Positions 43,998 to 57,125 of a stretch of 64,000 nucleotides of DNA are shown here, piece by piece. Origin of the DNA: Eledone cirrhosa (lineage: Eukaryota); the NCBI GenBank assembly GCA_964016885.1, contig OZ024740.1, positions 78,182,001-78,246,000 of the forward strand, written 5' to 3'. The notes below the pieces were generated by a model that saw nothing but the letters and a program-made list of their open reading frames with translations, was not told where the DNA came from and ran no database searches. The position numbers and the translations under genes are program-made. The first letter of the stretch is position 1; every line of letters begins with the position of its first letter.

Positions 43998-44186
43998 GGT
44001 AGATTGGCAGTATCGGTAGAGGGTCGGACGCCATGCTTTGACGCATGGAGTTACGACCCTTGCCATTCTGAGTTCAAATCCCGCCGAGGTTAATTTTGCC
44101 TTTCATCCTTACGGGGTCGATAAAATAAAGTACCAGTAATGTATTGGATAATTGCTGGCCTTGTGCCAAAAGTAGAAACAATTATT
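43998..44186 (+). mobile_element. SINE family A
   Basis: Same as 33005-33197. Confidence 0.85.
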
Positions 44187-44211
44187 ACACTAACACACAT
44201 ATATGTATGTA

Positions 44212-44256
<45 letters not shown>

Positions 44257-44259
<3 letters not shown>

Positions 44260-44695
44260 GGAAAAATTTGAACAGGGACAAAACAGAGAGGCAGTACAAC
44301 GAATGTTTATTAATTTCACGCTCTGGAGAGTGGGGTGTTGGTGGGGGACGACATTTCGGGCATAAGCCCTTCCTCAGGTGAGAAGTGTGTGGGAACAGAG
44401 TTCAAAGGGTGTGTAGGGGAGTGGTGGAGAGACATATAGCGAAAGGAAACAGTGCGAATGAAAAAATAAAGATAAAAATAAAAATAAAGCATGATCAAAA
44501 TACAAGGAATGAAATAAATTTAAATATAAAAGCATGATCAAAATAAATTGAAATTAAAAGGGGGGTAAAACAGGTGGTGGAAGGGTGTGTAGGGATGGTG
44601 GCGGGTGGAGTGGGGAGAGAGAGACGGGGTGTCCGAGCGGGGAGGGCTGAAGGTGGTGTGTGTGTGTATGTGAAAGTAAGGGTTGGGGGAAGAAT
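44257..44695 (-). mobile_element. PLE pseudo-LTR-like cassette family E with HHR core (44347-44380)
   Basis: Minus strand CAC-CTGAGGA-AGGGC ttat GCCC-GAAA-TG-TC-GT; flanked by (TA)n. Confidence 0.7.
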
Positions 44696-44719
44696 ATATA
44701 TATATATATATATATAAAG

Positions 44720-45180
44720 CCTGTCAAAGGGCAAAGGAGCTCTTAAGAGTCAATGGCCATCCAAAATTACCGGGAGAGATGAACCCTTAGCCTTTGTCAA
44801 GGCAGAATTCTAGGAGAAGGAAAACTCTGATATAACACCTGCAACCCTGATGGTATCCAATGATGTTGACTTGTTCTTCTTTTTGGTAAATATCATCTTG
44901 GTTAAGAGAGTGGGACTGGCTTTGTGCAGTGCCTTTGCTCACTATAAAAGCTTCACGGCACAGGCATTGCTTTATATCTGGAGATCTCTCTGCACTTGTC
45001 GTCACATGGTACCATGGGCCCAGCACTATGTGTCAGTAATTGTCACAAGTGTAGTGTTTGTACCAGAGTTTTCAAGTTGCTGGCTGGACTAAAAAGTCAC
45101 ACTTGTTCATCGCATCGGTAGGGGTTCTCCTACATGGATATAAAGTAGTGGCCGTACTCGAAAACGAGTTGGCAGCCACC
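44720..45180. mobile_element. Second copy of the 3298-3849 element (one end truncated)
   Basis: Near identity over ~460 bp; same ACC|ATAT end. Confidence 0.85.
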
Positions 45181-45924
45181 ATATTTATAATGTGTGTGTG
45201 TGTGTGTGTACACAGACATCCTCAGTCATATGAACACACTCACACATCTCTGCGGCGCCCGCGCTTATATGTGTAGGCCCACAGTTTCATCCATACACAT
45301 CCACACAAACGATATCTAACGTCATAAGAACAGTTTTCTGTGCGATGTTTAGTCATAGGTCAGCCCTGAACTAGCATAGATTTGATAAATGTCGTTCCAG
45401 TGCAGACAAATCGCGTCGTCGCTTTTTTTTCTTTCTTTGCGGCACCATATCCAATGTATCTGTCGGACAAAATAATTGTTTCTACTCTTGGATTGGCCCA
45501 AGGTGATCAATTTGAAAGGAAGTGGAAAGTCGATCAAATCGAGTCCAGTGCGTTACTGGTATTTAATTTTATCAACCCTGTAAATGATGAAAGGCAAAGA
45601 CTGTGCCTGCATGTAAGCTCTTTCAAACACTCGCAAACAAAACGCAACTTCATTCTCAATGTACATTTTCCAAAAGAAATATTAGGTTGAGTCTACCATT
45701 ATTGTGTGGGCTATCTTGAATAGAAGGACCCCAGACTTATAATGTACAGAAAGGCAGAGTAAGAAAATGTTGCTATCTTTTTTCGATGTAACAAATAGAG
45801 AGCGTCGGTTATGTCTTCAGCTTTCTCCTTTTGCTTTAAAATTACGACAAAAGTCGTCCACCCAAGATTGGCATGTCTGAATTCTTCTGGGGTGTTATCG
45901 TGAAACTATTGTCTGGGAGTAAAC

Positions 45925-46180
45925 TATAAAATGACCATAGGCTTAGCACCTAGAAAGTTCCTCTCCGAGGTACATGACCGAACAAGGTGTTTTTGTGGAA
46001 AGACCATACGTTGCCCATGCATACCAATCTTCCATCGGCATCTCCATGCCACCAATGTTGTCCAAGGGAAAGGCAAAGGCTGATACAGCTTGGCACCAGT
46101 GACGTCGCAACTCATTTTTACAGCTGAGTAAACCGGAGCAGCGTGAAATAATGTCTTGCTTAAGGACACAACACAGCTCA
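45925..46180 (-). mobile_element. CORE-like SINE
   Basis: Minus strand GTTGTGTCCTTAAGCAAGACATTATTTCACGCTGCTCC...CAGCTGTAAAAATGAG. Confidence 0.65.
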
Positions 46181-46732
46181 AGTGTGTATCTGAAGTAAGA
46201 ATAATAGTAACTTGATATAACGATTTAGGCACAAAGAATGGTGCTCAATAGTATGTTGGTTTTGTGTGTGTATGTGTGTGTGCAGGCAGAATCATTAGAA
46301 TATTGGAGAAAATACATTGAAGTATTTAGTTAGGGTTTTTTAAGTTCTGCCTTCTAATCCGGTCGAGGTAAACTGTACCTAGTTTATAGTTCTATAAAAT
46401 AAAGCAACAGAAACGCACTGGGGTCAACTTAATCGATATCCCCTCCTCTCAAAACCGTTGGCCTATAGTATAAATCATCATTATTGTTGTTATGCTAACA
46501 TTAGTAGTATGTATGTTAGCATATCAGAATTGGATTAAGATCCGTTTAAATATGTTTTCGCGATATATATGCACACTTAACCACACACACACACGTGTGT
46601 GTTTAATAACGCCAGGTATTGAGTGTGGAAACTGTACTTAATAGCAGTGTTGCTTCACTGGTTCGGACAATTAAAAGTTCTTTTGATTTGAAGAAGTAAT
46701 TAAATTTCTCCACGTCTCTCTCGTTATCTCTC

Positions 46733-46763
<31 letters not shown>

Positions 46764-46863
46764 TACCAGCAATGACTTATGTGTGTCAGTGTTATCGGCA
46801 TACTACGTTGGTCTCAGGGTGATTATAGCATCTATTGTAAATGTGTGCGGGTATTTTGATAGC

Positions 46864-47063
46864 NNNNNNNNNNNNNNNNNNNNNNNNNNNNNNNNNNNNN
46901 NNNNNNNNNNNNNNNNNNNNNNNNNNNNNNNNNNNNNNNNNNNNNNNNNNNNNNNNNNNNNNNNNNNNNNNNNNNNNNNNNNNNNNNNNNNNNNNNNNNN
47001 NNNNNNNNNNNNNNNNNNNNNNNNNNNNNNNNNNNNNNNNNNNNNNNNNNNNNNNNNNNNNNN
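46864..47063. other. Assembly gap (200 N)
   Basis: Run of N. Confidence 1.
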
Positions 47064-48634
47064 GTGTTTGCGTATAGATACACGTAAATATGTGTATGTA
47101 TGTATGGAAATTATCACGATCTTAACCTCTGGGTCACACATTTCAGCTTTACAGAGTCACACCTTCTGCAGTGAAAGACACATAACAAGAGCTGTTTTAT
47201 ACCATCAGTCAATAGTCATATTAAATTAGGTGTTGGTGAGGATTTGACAATTAGCAAACGAATAAAAGTACGCAACGTACCATACAAGAAATCAACGTAT
47301 GAATGATATATATATATATGACTGTATGAATGACTATTATGTCCACAATTAACTGTCTATTAATAATTATATATATATATATTTCACAAAATAGAAAGAG
47401 ATATTGGATGATGTAGTCCTAACTATTGTATCTCTGAAGAAGTTGGTCATGACTTCAATACATTTAATTACGGTTAATTGTGGACTTAATAGTCATTCAT
47501 AATATATCACAATATTGAAATATAAAGACTGCATACAGTAATAACATCAAGAGTAAACCATTGAAATTTGGTCGGTAATAGTTACTATCTAGCGGCACAC
47601 GAGAGCATTTGAATGATTTTAAAACTTGTTCTAAACGAATGGCAAAGAAGGAAAATATGGAGAGTTGGGACTTCAAAGCATGTTTAAAATATAAGCCATT
47701 TCTACCGAACATTTCTCAGGTTTCTCTCTGTCCTCCACAGACTCCCCTTAATAATGGATGGAAAATCCGAAAATATTTGGGGTTATTAAAAATTGCTAAG
47801 GTAACTTTCTATCGTGCCCACTCTTTTATTTCCACTGTGTCAATGTTATCCTTCTACTTTCTTATTACCTTGGTATTGTTACCAAAATTGCATTGTCGGG
47901 CTTTCAAATAACCAAACTTCTTTTTTAGCCGTATTCGTATCTCATGTTCCAGAAGGCTTAAGCAAACTACAACACCTTAATTCTATTTGTTTCCAAAAAT
48001 TGAAATATTTCTCTCATATTCCTCACGCTGGCACACAAATTGTTTTAATGGGAGCAAAGCGAGAAGATTCGTGCTAACAGCGACGCAGTGAAGCCTCGAT
48101 TTCGAATCAACGAATAAATCCTTTACGCCAGTTTCATAGAGAATAATATGTTTCATTAAATTTATTTTGGCTAACTTCAATTTTTATATCGCAATAAATC
48201 TTAAGAGACATTAAAAACCAAATTTCCAATCCCAAGCTTTATTTTTAATTAAGTTACCGGATGTAAGCCGCAAGTCTTTTTTCCCCTCTCACTCTAACCC
48301 CCAACCGTCTCTCAAATAAGTTTTAATGCTAGTTGGGAAAATTTAACTATGCGTACGTGAATTTTGTTCAAGTTTTCAGGAATTTATTGTTGGGCAAGTA
48401 TGTCCATCAAACACTGTTATGTATTGATCTGTTTGCACACACAATTCTTTCCAATCATTTGATCCTAATTTCGATCCCAGCGCACACAGCAAGTTGGGCA
48501 AATGTCTTCTATCATAGCTTCGAGTTGACCTAAGCCTTGTGGCCAGACGGAAACTGTGAAAACTCACCGGATGGTCAAATACTGTTCGATGGTCTAGTCT
48601 TATCATACAGCTACTGATGGAAGTTTACGTTGTC

Positions 48635-48895
48635 CTAGTGCTTAGGGTGTTTGACTTGCGGTCATAATATCGCGGGTTCGATTCTTGAACAGGGCTGTAT
48701 GTTATGTTCTTGAGCAAAACGCGCCATTTCACCTTGCGTTGTTCCAGTATACTTAGCTGAAAGTGAGTACCAGCAATAGTTGGGAGTTTAACCCTACGAT
48801 GGACTGGCGTCCTGTCCGTGGAGGAGTCTTACTCTTAGTCGCTTAACGTGAAGGAAACCTGAGTAAGCATCGGCCTGATACAGGCTTTACTCTTT
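48635..48895 (+). mobile_element. CORE-like tRNA SINE
   Basis: GGGTTCGATTC...TTCTTGAGCAAAAC...AACCCTACGATGGACTGGCGTCCTGTCC. Confidence 0.65.
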
Positions 48896-49075
48896 TAGTA
48901 TCTATATACCTATCTCTCTATGTACATAGTTGTTAATAGACACCATTGGTTAGTATAGATGGTTCACAAAAGTGAACCAGGTGAAGAAACAATAAGTATT
49001 ACATTTAGTAAAGATTAACGCGTACACACACACACACGTATATGTGGGTGGGCTATTTCGACAGTGTGCGTAAAT

Positions 49076-49117
<42 letters not shown>

Positions 49118-49142
49118 ACGCACACACACACTCTCTCTCTCG

Positions 49143-49199
<57 letters not shown>

Positions 49200-49498
49200 A
49201 GGCACGCATCAAGTGTGTTATTTGTAATTCTAAAATAGAATATTGTTAAAAGATCCACACGTGTGAATGAGTGTAGGATGGTGTGAAAATATGTGTAGCT
49301 GTGTGTGTTGACAGTGGTTGCAGTCTGCAAGACAGTCGTTCTATTGTCCGTCTGTGTGACTTCTCTTGGGAGGGAGGGAGAGAGAGAGAGAGAGAGAGCT
49401 TATCACGTTTCCTCTCAAATCGGCCGACCATGTGACCGAAATCCAGGTACAAATGTGTTGTGCAGCTGAAACCCATCAAACGACGCTCACACATGCAT

Positions 49499-49603
<105 letters not shown>

Positions 49604-49787
49604 TTGTGTGAGTATATATATATATATATATATATGTTTGTGTGTGTTTGTGTGAGTATATATATACACACACACACACACAGTGTGTTTCTTGGCATGA
49701 ATCTTGTCTTTGTCTCACTTCCGTATTTTAAGTGAGTTTTCCAACACTACTTAATTTTAAAATTGTGTAGGTGTGTGTTTTTATGTT

Positions 49788-49849
<62 letters not shown>

Positions 49850-50437
49850 CTTGTATATTTCACAATTGAATTAGAGCTTTCGCCATAGTTTGACTATAGA
49901 AAACAGTCCAATATATTTATATATATACATAAACAGGTGGTAGTAAAAAGTACTCAATATAGGTTGTAGTTTTATTCTTCGTTTGAAATTGATGTATTCT
50001 CTTCGTCAAAAACTCCGCGGAGAAAAGGCAATGACGAGGGTCTACTCTAACGTTACTATCGTCAAACTGGAGACTTGGCCCACATTTTGGCAAGAGTAGA
50101 AACACCTAAAAACACTCGTACTTTTATGTTATCGTCTCCAGAAGGGTGAAAGGCAAAATGTTCCTAGGTACGTGTGTGTGTGTGTTAACTTTGTGTGGCC
50201 CTGAGTGAATGCATACATGCGCCTTTTCTGAGTAGAACCCAGCTTAGAATAAATACTGGTTACACGTGTTCCCGCCATTTATATTCACAATGTCTGTACA
50301 CACCACACACATAGATACATTACACACATTTCTCTCGTTTCTGCACATACGCAGATGAATTGCACACGCACACACACATATATATATATATATATATACA
50401 TACATACACACAAATAAATTCAAAATCTTTTTCACGT

Positions 50438-50650
50438 TTGTACTCACAAATATCTCTCTATTTACAAAGTACACAGTTTATCTTGTACTCACAAATATCT
50501 CTCTATTTACAAAGTACACAGTTTATCTTGTACTTACAAATATCTCTATTTACATAATATATAAAGTACACAGTTTATCTTCTACTCACAAATATCTCTC
50601 TATTTACATAATATATAAAGTACACAGTTTATCTTGTACTCACAAATGTC
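50438..50650 (+). repeat. Minisatellite, ~45-52-bp unit, ~4.5 copies
   Basis: TTGTACTCACAAATATCTCTCTATTTAC(ATAATATAT)AAAGTACACAGTTTATC. Confidence 0.9.
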
Positions 50651-50924
50651 TACACATACACAAATCTAAATCAATCTGGAAGCACGTGTATGTTGTCAAA
50701 ACCATATCTCTACATGTAACGAAGAAAAAAAAACAGTAAAAATAACAACAACAAAATAAAGATAATAAATATAACAACTGTGACCCTATAAGATGTTGGA
50801 ATGTGCAACAGCAGCCCCATATTTCAACATATGGTGCAAAATAACAGAGGGTGGGGGGTGAAATAAACTACTTTATAAAACATCTTAACTATTTCAGTTA
50901 CTTTGGGTGTTTATGCAATATTTA

Positions 50925-51130
50925 GGTGGTGGTGGTGGTGGTGGTAGGTGTAGTGGTGCTAGTCGTAGTAATAGTGGTAATAGTGGTGGTAGTCGTGATA
51001 GTAGTAGTGGTTGTGGTAGTAGCAATTATAGTAGTGGTGGTGGTGGTGGTGGTGGTAGTAGTGGTGATAATGGTGGTGGTTGTAGTGATGGTCGTGATAG
51101 TGGTAGTAGTAGCAGTGGCGGTGGTGGTGT
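50925..51130. repeat. (GGT/AGT)n trinucleotide low-complexity tract
   Basis: Direct reading. Confidence 0.9.
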
Positions 51131-51304
51131 CGCACACATTTATAGAACTGATATACAGATATTAAACATCCATCCACCTACACACGAATGTATGGGGGGG
51201 AGGGTTGTAGTGCTGGTGGTGGCGGTGGTGGTACCAAGCTAATCTCATACATCGTTTTCTTCCGCCATTTCTTCCCCTTCTTGATTCTCTTTCCTTATAT
51301 ATGT

Positions 51305-51335
51305 AATATATATATATATGATGCATGTGTTTATT

Positions 51336-51378
<43 letters not shown>

Positions 51379-51394
51379 GATGCATGTGTTTATT

Positions 51395-51487
<93 letters not shown>

Positions 51488-51500
51488 GATGCATGTGTTT

Positions 51501-51558
<58 letters not shown>

Positions 51559-51571
51559 GATGCATGTGTTT

Positions 51572-51653
<82 letters not shown>

Positions 51654-51698
51654 GATGCATGTGTTTATTCATACACACACACACACATATATATATAT

Positions 51699-51720
<22 letters not shown>
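51305..51720 (+). repeat. Higher-order repeat: (AT)n-GATGCATGTGTTTATTCA-(CA)n, 5 units
   Basis: Constant core at ~51320, 51379, 51488, 51559, 51654 with variable CA/AT lengths. Confidence 0.9.
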
Positions 51721-51792
<72 letters not shown>

Positions 51793-51796
51793 GTAT

Positions 51797-52015
51797 ATCA
51801 TCATTTCATTTTACGTCCACTTTTCCCTGCTTGCAAGGGTGGGACGGGAACTGATTCTGGCTTGATTTCTACAGCTGGATGCCCTTCCTAACACCAACCT
51901 CATTTACAGTGAGTGCTGGGTGTTTTTTTGCCGTGGCACCTCCACGACCACTTTGCAGTGGAATGATAGGGACCCCAGTCCCTATCATCTCATTTCTACA
52001 GCTGAGTAAACTGAG
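51797..52015 (-). mobile_element. Composite SINE 3' part (same family as 17583-17965)
   Basis: Near-identical ORF translations [20 protein letters not shown]...[13 protein letters not shown]. Confidence 0.8.
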
Positions 52016-52132
52016 TATATATACATATATATATATATATGTATACATATATATATATATATACACATATATATATATATGTATACATATATATATATAC
52101 ACATAGATATATATATATACATATATACACAC

Positions 52133-52325
<193 letters not shown>

Positions 52326-52456
52326 GATAAATCTACCAAGAGTTTACGGTAGTGTCCAATCCGTATGAAGAACTCAATGTATTCCGGATATCATGGAAAG
52401 AAGAGATGTAATGAAAAATCACTTTCGGTGAAAGATAAACGGTATACAGAGTCAAG

Positions 52457-52873
52457 ATAAAATATTAAACAAATAATGAATAAACAATGAGACAGTTCCT
52501 TATATTAAACAAAAAAAGTTCATTATTTAACGATCGTTTCTAGGATATATATGTGTTAGAATTGGCATGCATATTCAACAGATCTATGTACAAAATTATA
52601 CAAACTATCAAGATTAAATATACATACCAACACATATATACGCCGTCTTCAGAAATAATGATTATTTCTGAAGACGGCGTATATATGTGTTGGTATGTAT
52701 ATTTAATCTTGATAGTTTGTATAATTTTGTATAATTTTGTACATAGATCTGTTGAATATGCATGCCAATTCTAACACATATATATCCTAGAAACGATCGT
52801 TAAATAATGAACTTTTTTTGTTTAATATAAGGAACTGTCTCATTGTTTATTCATTATTTGTTTAATATTTTAT
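52457..52873. repeat. 417-bp near-perfect palindrome with 1-nt centre (G52660), ending at (TA)n
   Basis: Arms differ essentially by one 10-nt AAAATTATAC unit. Confidence 0.95.
52661..52808 (+). ncRNA. Hammerhead ribozyme with 115-nt stem II (mirror copy at 52522-52659 minus)
   Basis: ATTATTT-CTGAAGA-CGGCGTATATATGTGTTGG...CTAACACATATATATCCTA-GAAA-CGATCG-TT-AAATAAT; 7-bp stem I, 17/19 pairs at the stem II base, palindromic stem III. Confidence 0.8.
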
Positions 52874-52955
52874 ATATATATATATATATATATAGTTATA
52901 AGCACTGTAATTTACATAGAGCACTCTTTTTTCCTGGACCTTTCCGACGGAATTA

Positions 52956-53027
<72 letters not shown>

Positions 53028-53087
53028 AAATTTAGTACAGCATCATCGAAGCTCTGGTTGCAGCCATACATACATACATACATATAT

Positions 53088-53343
53088 ATATGATACATGT
53101 GTTTATGATTTTGTGAAGCATTTCTATATTAAATATTTATACTCTGCTATGTATTGAGTACCTTACTGTGGTTACCCCCGAGTGAACCCGAGATAAACTT
53201 TATATAGAAATAGCCGTCGAGGTTAAACATTTTTCCTAATATATATATGAGGTAACCACAGTAAGTAAGGTACTCAATACATAGCAGAGTATAAATATTT
53301 AATATAGAACGGCTTCACAAAATCATAAACACATGTATCATAT
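53088..53343. repeat. ~90-bp inverted repeat of a pseudo-LTR-like 3' end
   Basis: 53088-53176 vs 53251-53343; relatives at 36760-36860, 39825-39900, 53355-53475. Confidence 0.9.
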
Positions 53344-53357
53344 TTAATATAGGAATG

Positions 53358-53396
53358 CTTTCCTGATGATCTCATACGAATGAAACAACTCTAGAC
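53358..53396 (+). ncRNA. Degenerate HHR core
   Basis: CTGATGA-TCTCATACGAAT-GAAA-CAAC-TC; related minus-strand copy at 36775-36810. Confidence 0.35.
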
Positions 53397-54130
53397 TTGT
53401 AGATGCCATTTCTATATTAAATATGATGTTTACACTCTTCTAATCTATTGAGTACCGTTTTAACTCGGGATCTACACACACACACACACAACACACACAT
53501 ATATTTCCATTTCTGTCATGTATTATCCATCCCACCGCTCACTTCGTTTCCTTGGTTTATTGGAAACGTTTCATTCCGTAAGAATTATCACATTTATAGC
53601 CTTCCATGTTAGAAATTAATAATTATGTTATAGGTTCAAATCCCACCTTGATCAAATTTGATCCTCGTATGGTCCTTAAAATAAAGTAGCAGTCAAATAC
53701 TAGTAAATTAATGGTGTCTATATGCTCGATATTTTCCTTCCCTAAATTGCTGACCCAATATTAGAAATAATTATTAAATCCGCTTTATAGGATCGATATG
53801 ACCACAGCTTCGCTGCAGTCATGTAAAATATATGAAGCTAATTGGCGGAGTCCTTAGAGCGATGGATAAAATATGCAATGTCTGCTTTGACTCTGTGCTC
53901 TGAGTTCAAATCCCGCTAAAGTTGACTTCGCCATTTTATCTGTTTGGTGTCGATAATTAAAGTATCAATACAGAAACCAGTTATTCCCCACTTTTCCAAT
54001 TGCGACTTCTTTTCCCGTCTTTAAGGGTCTTCACTCTGTTTTATAAGGTGTTTTATAGTATCTCTGCGCATGAGCACACACCATTCTCATATATATATAT
54101 TTCGCTCTACATGGCTGAATACAATAAATG

Positions 54131-54381
54131 TAATCTGACTTTTTCGAATATTAATAGTAGTATTTGATTCATTTGCAATTATGCAAACAATCCTCATTTT
54201 TAAAACCATGTCAGTAGAATGAGCCCCTCGTTCTTGCTCTTGTGTTGACATGTAAACAGAATGCCAACACAAGAGCAAGAATGAAGGGTTCATTCTACTG
54301 ACATGGCTTTAAAAATGAGGATTGTTTGCATAATTGCAAACGAATCGAATGTTATTATTAATATTCGAAAAAGTCAGATTA
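54131..54381. repeat. 251-bp palindrome (121-bp arms, 9-nt loop)
   Basis: Manual alignment: 10 mismatches, no indels. Confidence 0.95.
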
Positions 54382-54634
54382 TATATATAATGTAGGGTTA
54401 TGGTTTATGTGTCTATATGTATAACACAAACATAGTTATTCTACGCTGTAGTAGGAGACCATTTGCAGTGCCTGCGATGACAGGAATAGTAAAACGTCCC
54501 TAATGGTATAATTAAAAATCTGAAAAGCTACCCACACTCACCAGATTGTTGTTGTCACGCACGCACGTACACACACATATTACTCTTTTACCTGTTCCAG
54601 CCATCCGGCTGAGGCCATGCTGGGGCACTGCCTT

Positions 54635-54686
<52 letters not shown>

Positions 54687-54921
54687 TCCACAGTAAGTCA
54701 TTAGTGAATCTGTGATAAATGTAGATGGCGCGGTTCTCGGTGTGCCGCGCAAAGAGAACGAACCTGGAACTACGGAGTAACTGAAGTAAGTTCTTAGGTG
54801 CTGGCATAGTCGCGTGTTTAATTGTAAATATAAAAGAAAGGAAAATCGAAAAATACGATCGATTTCTTTATAAAAAGTTATATTTCTTTGAAATGATTCA
54901 AGTTAACTGTCCATCCCTATA

Positions 54922-55048
54922 CAGTAAAATTCTGTTATAACAAAATTTACGGGGTATAAAAAAATTCGTAACGAAAAATTCTTTATAACGAGATCGACCT
55001 AACACACCGGGGATTGAAAAAAATTTCGTTTTAACGGATTTTTACCTG
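54922..55048. mobile_element. pogo/Tigger-like MITE
   Basis: TA|CAGTAAAATTCTGTTATAAC...GTTTTAACGGATTTTTACCTG|TA with internal TAACG motifs. Confidence 0.65.
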
Positions 55049-55790
55049 TACAATATTAGCTTTAGATTTCCACTTCAGAACTAAAATTACCTGGACCTTC
55101 AACCCTTGGTGGGATCATAAGGATACCGCATTATATACGACTGGCGAGTCTTGGGTTATTTAAAAACTCGATTAACCCACAGCTGATTTCTAACAGAGAG
55201 GGGGGGGGGGCACGAATTGACCCTAGTACTGGGCTGGTATTTTATTTTTCGGCTCTGAAAGGATGCAAGTTAAGCTTGATTCTCGGCACTGTCGGGGCGA
55301 ACACTGCAAGGTATTATTTCAACATACCAGTTAATCTCTGTTGCCTTAAATCTCCATAGTTTCACCATAGTATATCACTCGCCTCATTCATTATTACTGT
55401 TGTGTGTGTGTGAATAGCTTGTAGATGTATATTTATAGTAAGAACCGTCTTTGTACACACAGTCAGTTGTCGCCCTACAACCAAACTACAGCTGCTGTGT
55501 CTCATTCACAAAAAATCTTTAAGTCGCGTATCATCTCCTTCCTTCCTACTACTTGTAGCACGCACACGCAATTGGGTTTTAACGGCCATCTTGGTGGTGG
55601 TGGTGGTGATGGTAGTGGTAGTAGTAATGGTTACTGCTCTCTACTCCATCTCCCACTGTTCCAGCATGGCCAAATTACAGCGCTGTCATTTTCCCGCCTT
55701 TCGATTATCTATCACACACATCTCTCTATCTATCTCTATATATATATATATAGTACTGGCATTGATAAATATGCTGGGTCCGTCAACCCT

Positions 55791-55830
<40 letters not shown>

Positions 55831-55843
55831 AGATATATATATA

Positions 55844-55933
55844 CAGGGTGTCCCCTGAAAATGTATACACACTTTGATTACTTGTACAGGAATTATTTAT
55901 TAGAATGGTGTATACATTTTTTGGGCCACCCTG
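55844..55933. mobile_element. Tc1/mariner-type MITE
   Basis: TA|CAGGGTG...CACCCTG|TA. Confidence 0.8.
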
Positions 55934-55982
55934 TATATATATCGTTCTGCCTTGTTTTCCGTTTTCATTTTGTCAATTATGC

Positions 55983-56038
<56 letters not shown>

Positions 56039-56126
56039 GTTGTCATATTTAATAAAGTACTCAAAACATATTAAGGTATAGAATTTGTATGCACACACGT
56101 GTATGTATGTGTGTATATATATATAT

Positions 56127-56320
56127 ATAGGAATAAGTATGACCCCGACGGCAGAGCTCAAGCCGTTTCGACGGCTAATTCTGAGTCCAGAATTAGCCGT
56201 CGAAACGGCTTGAGCTCTGCCGTCGGGGTCATACTTGTTCCTATTACCCACTCTACTACCCTAAGTATTGAGTACTTTGGTGCGTTATGGTCTATCTGGT
56301 TCCACATTTCCTTCCTTATA
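56127..56320 (+). mobile_element. Family D hairpin element (118-bp hairpin 56127-56244 plus unique tail)
   Basis: Near-perfect stem with loop AGTC; tail TACCCACTCTACTACCCTAAGTATTGAGTACTTTGGTGCGTTATGG. Confidence 0.9.
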
Positions 56321-56776
56321 GTTATACTTGCGGAGGGTCATATTGCCAGAAATAATAACAGAACACACTCAGTTTCTGGCAATATTATAACAATATGACT
56401 CTCCCCAAGTATAACAATATGTTTCGACACACAATTTCATATCAAAAACCTTGCAATACAAACACGCACACACACACACACACGCACGCGCATCCAAACT
56501 CTACACGTTAATATGTATTGAGTACTTTATTAAATATGGCATTTGTCTTTCAATTAAAACATATACAATATATGTGTGTATTATTGAGTTGGCGAAAACC
56601 ATTACCATCGTTTAACGTCCGCTTTCCATGCTAGTAAAGAAGGGTTGGACAGGTCTACATAAACCAAGTCAGTGCAGAAGCGGAGCTACAGACCTCGCAC
56701 ACAGGCCGGGTGGTCTGCATCTCACTTACGTACGATCTTAAAATAGTCCTTTACATTCATGCTAATAATTTGAAGC

Positions 56777-56808
<32 letters not shown>

Positions 56809-56939
56809 GCGTAAAGGGATACAAAACCCTATTATCGTCAATGTTGTATGTGTCCTGTTTAAGTCACCTTTCACTAAAACAACCAAAGTACTCTTACTTG
56901 ATGCATTCACTACCTTATTTTAATTGTAGTTCTTTACCA

Positions 56940-57125
56940 TTGGATTGGCAGTATCAGTAGAGGGTCGGACGCCATGCTTTCCAGCATAGTTACGTCCCTT
57001 TACGATCTGAGTTCAAATCCTGCCGAGGTTGACTTTGCCTTTCATCCTTACGGGGTCGATGAAATAAAATACCAGTAATGCACTGGGTAATTGCTGGTCT
57101 TGTGCCTAAAGTAGAAACAATTATT
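56940..57125 (+). mobile_element. SINE family A
   Basis: Same as 33005-33197. Confidence 0.85.

Noticed and set aside
47325-47501. Short inverted repeat enclosing CTGAAGA-stem; similar weak cases at 3938-4025 and 14524-14540
   Set aside because: GAAA box or stems missing, so not called as hammerheads
47497-48300. Complex-sequence region with 65-100-aa ORFs
   Set aside because: No recognisable motif; cannot distinguish an exon from an old repeat by eye
51305-51720. CRISPR-like repeat-spacer pattern
   Set aside because: Eukaryotic context, microsatellite spacers, no cas genes
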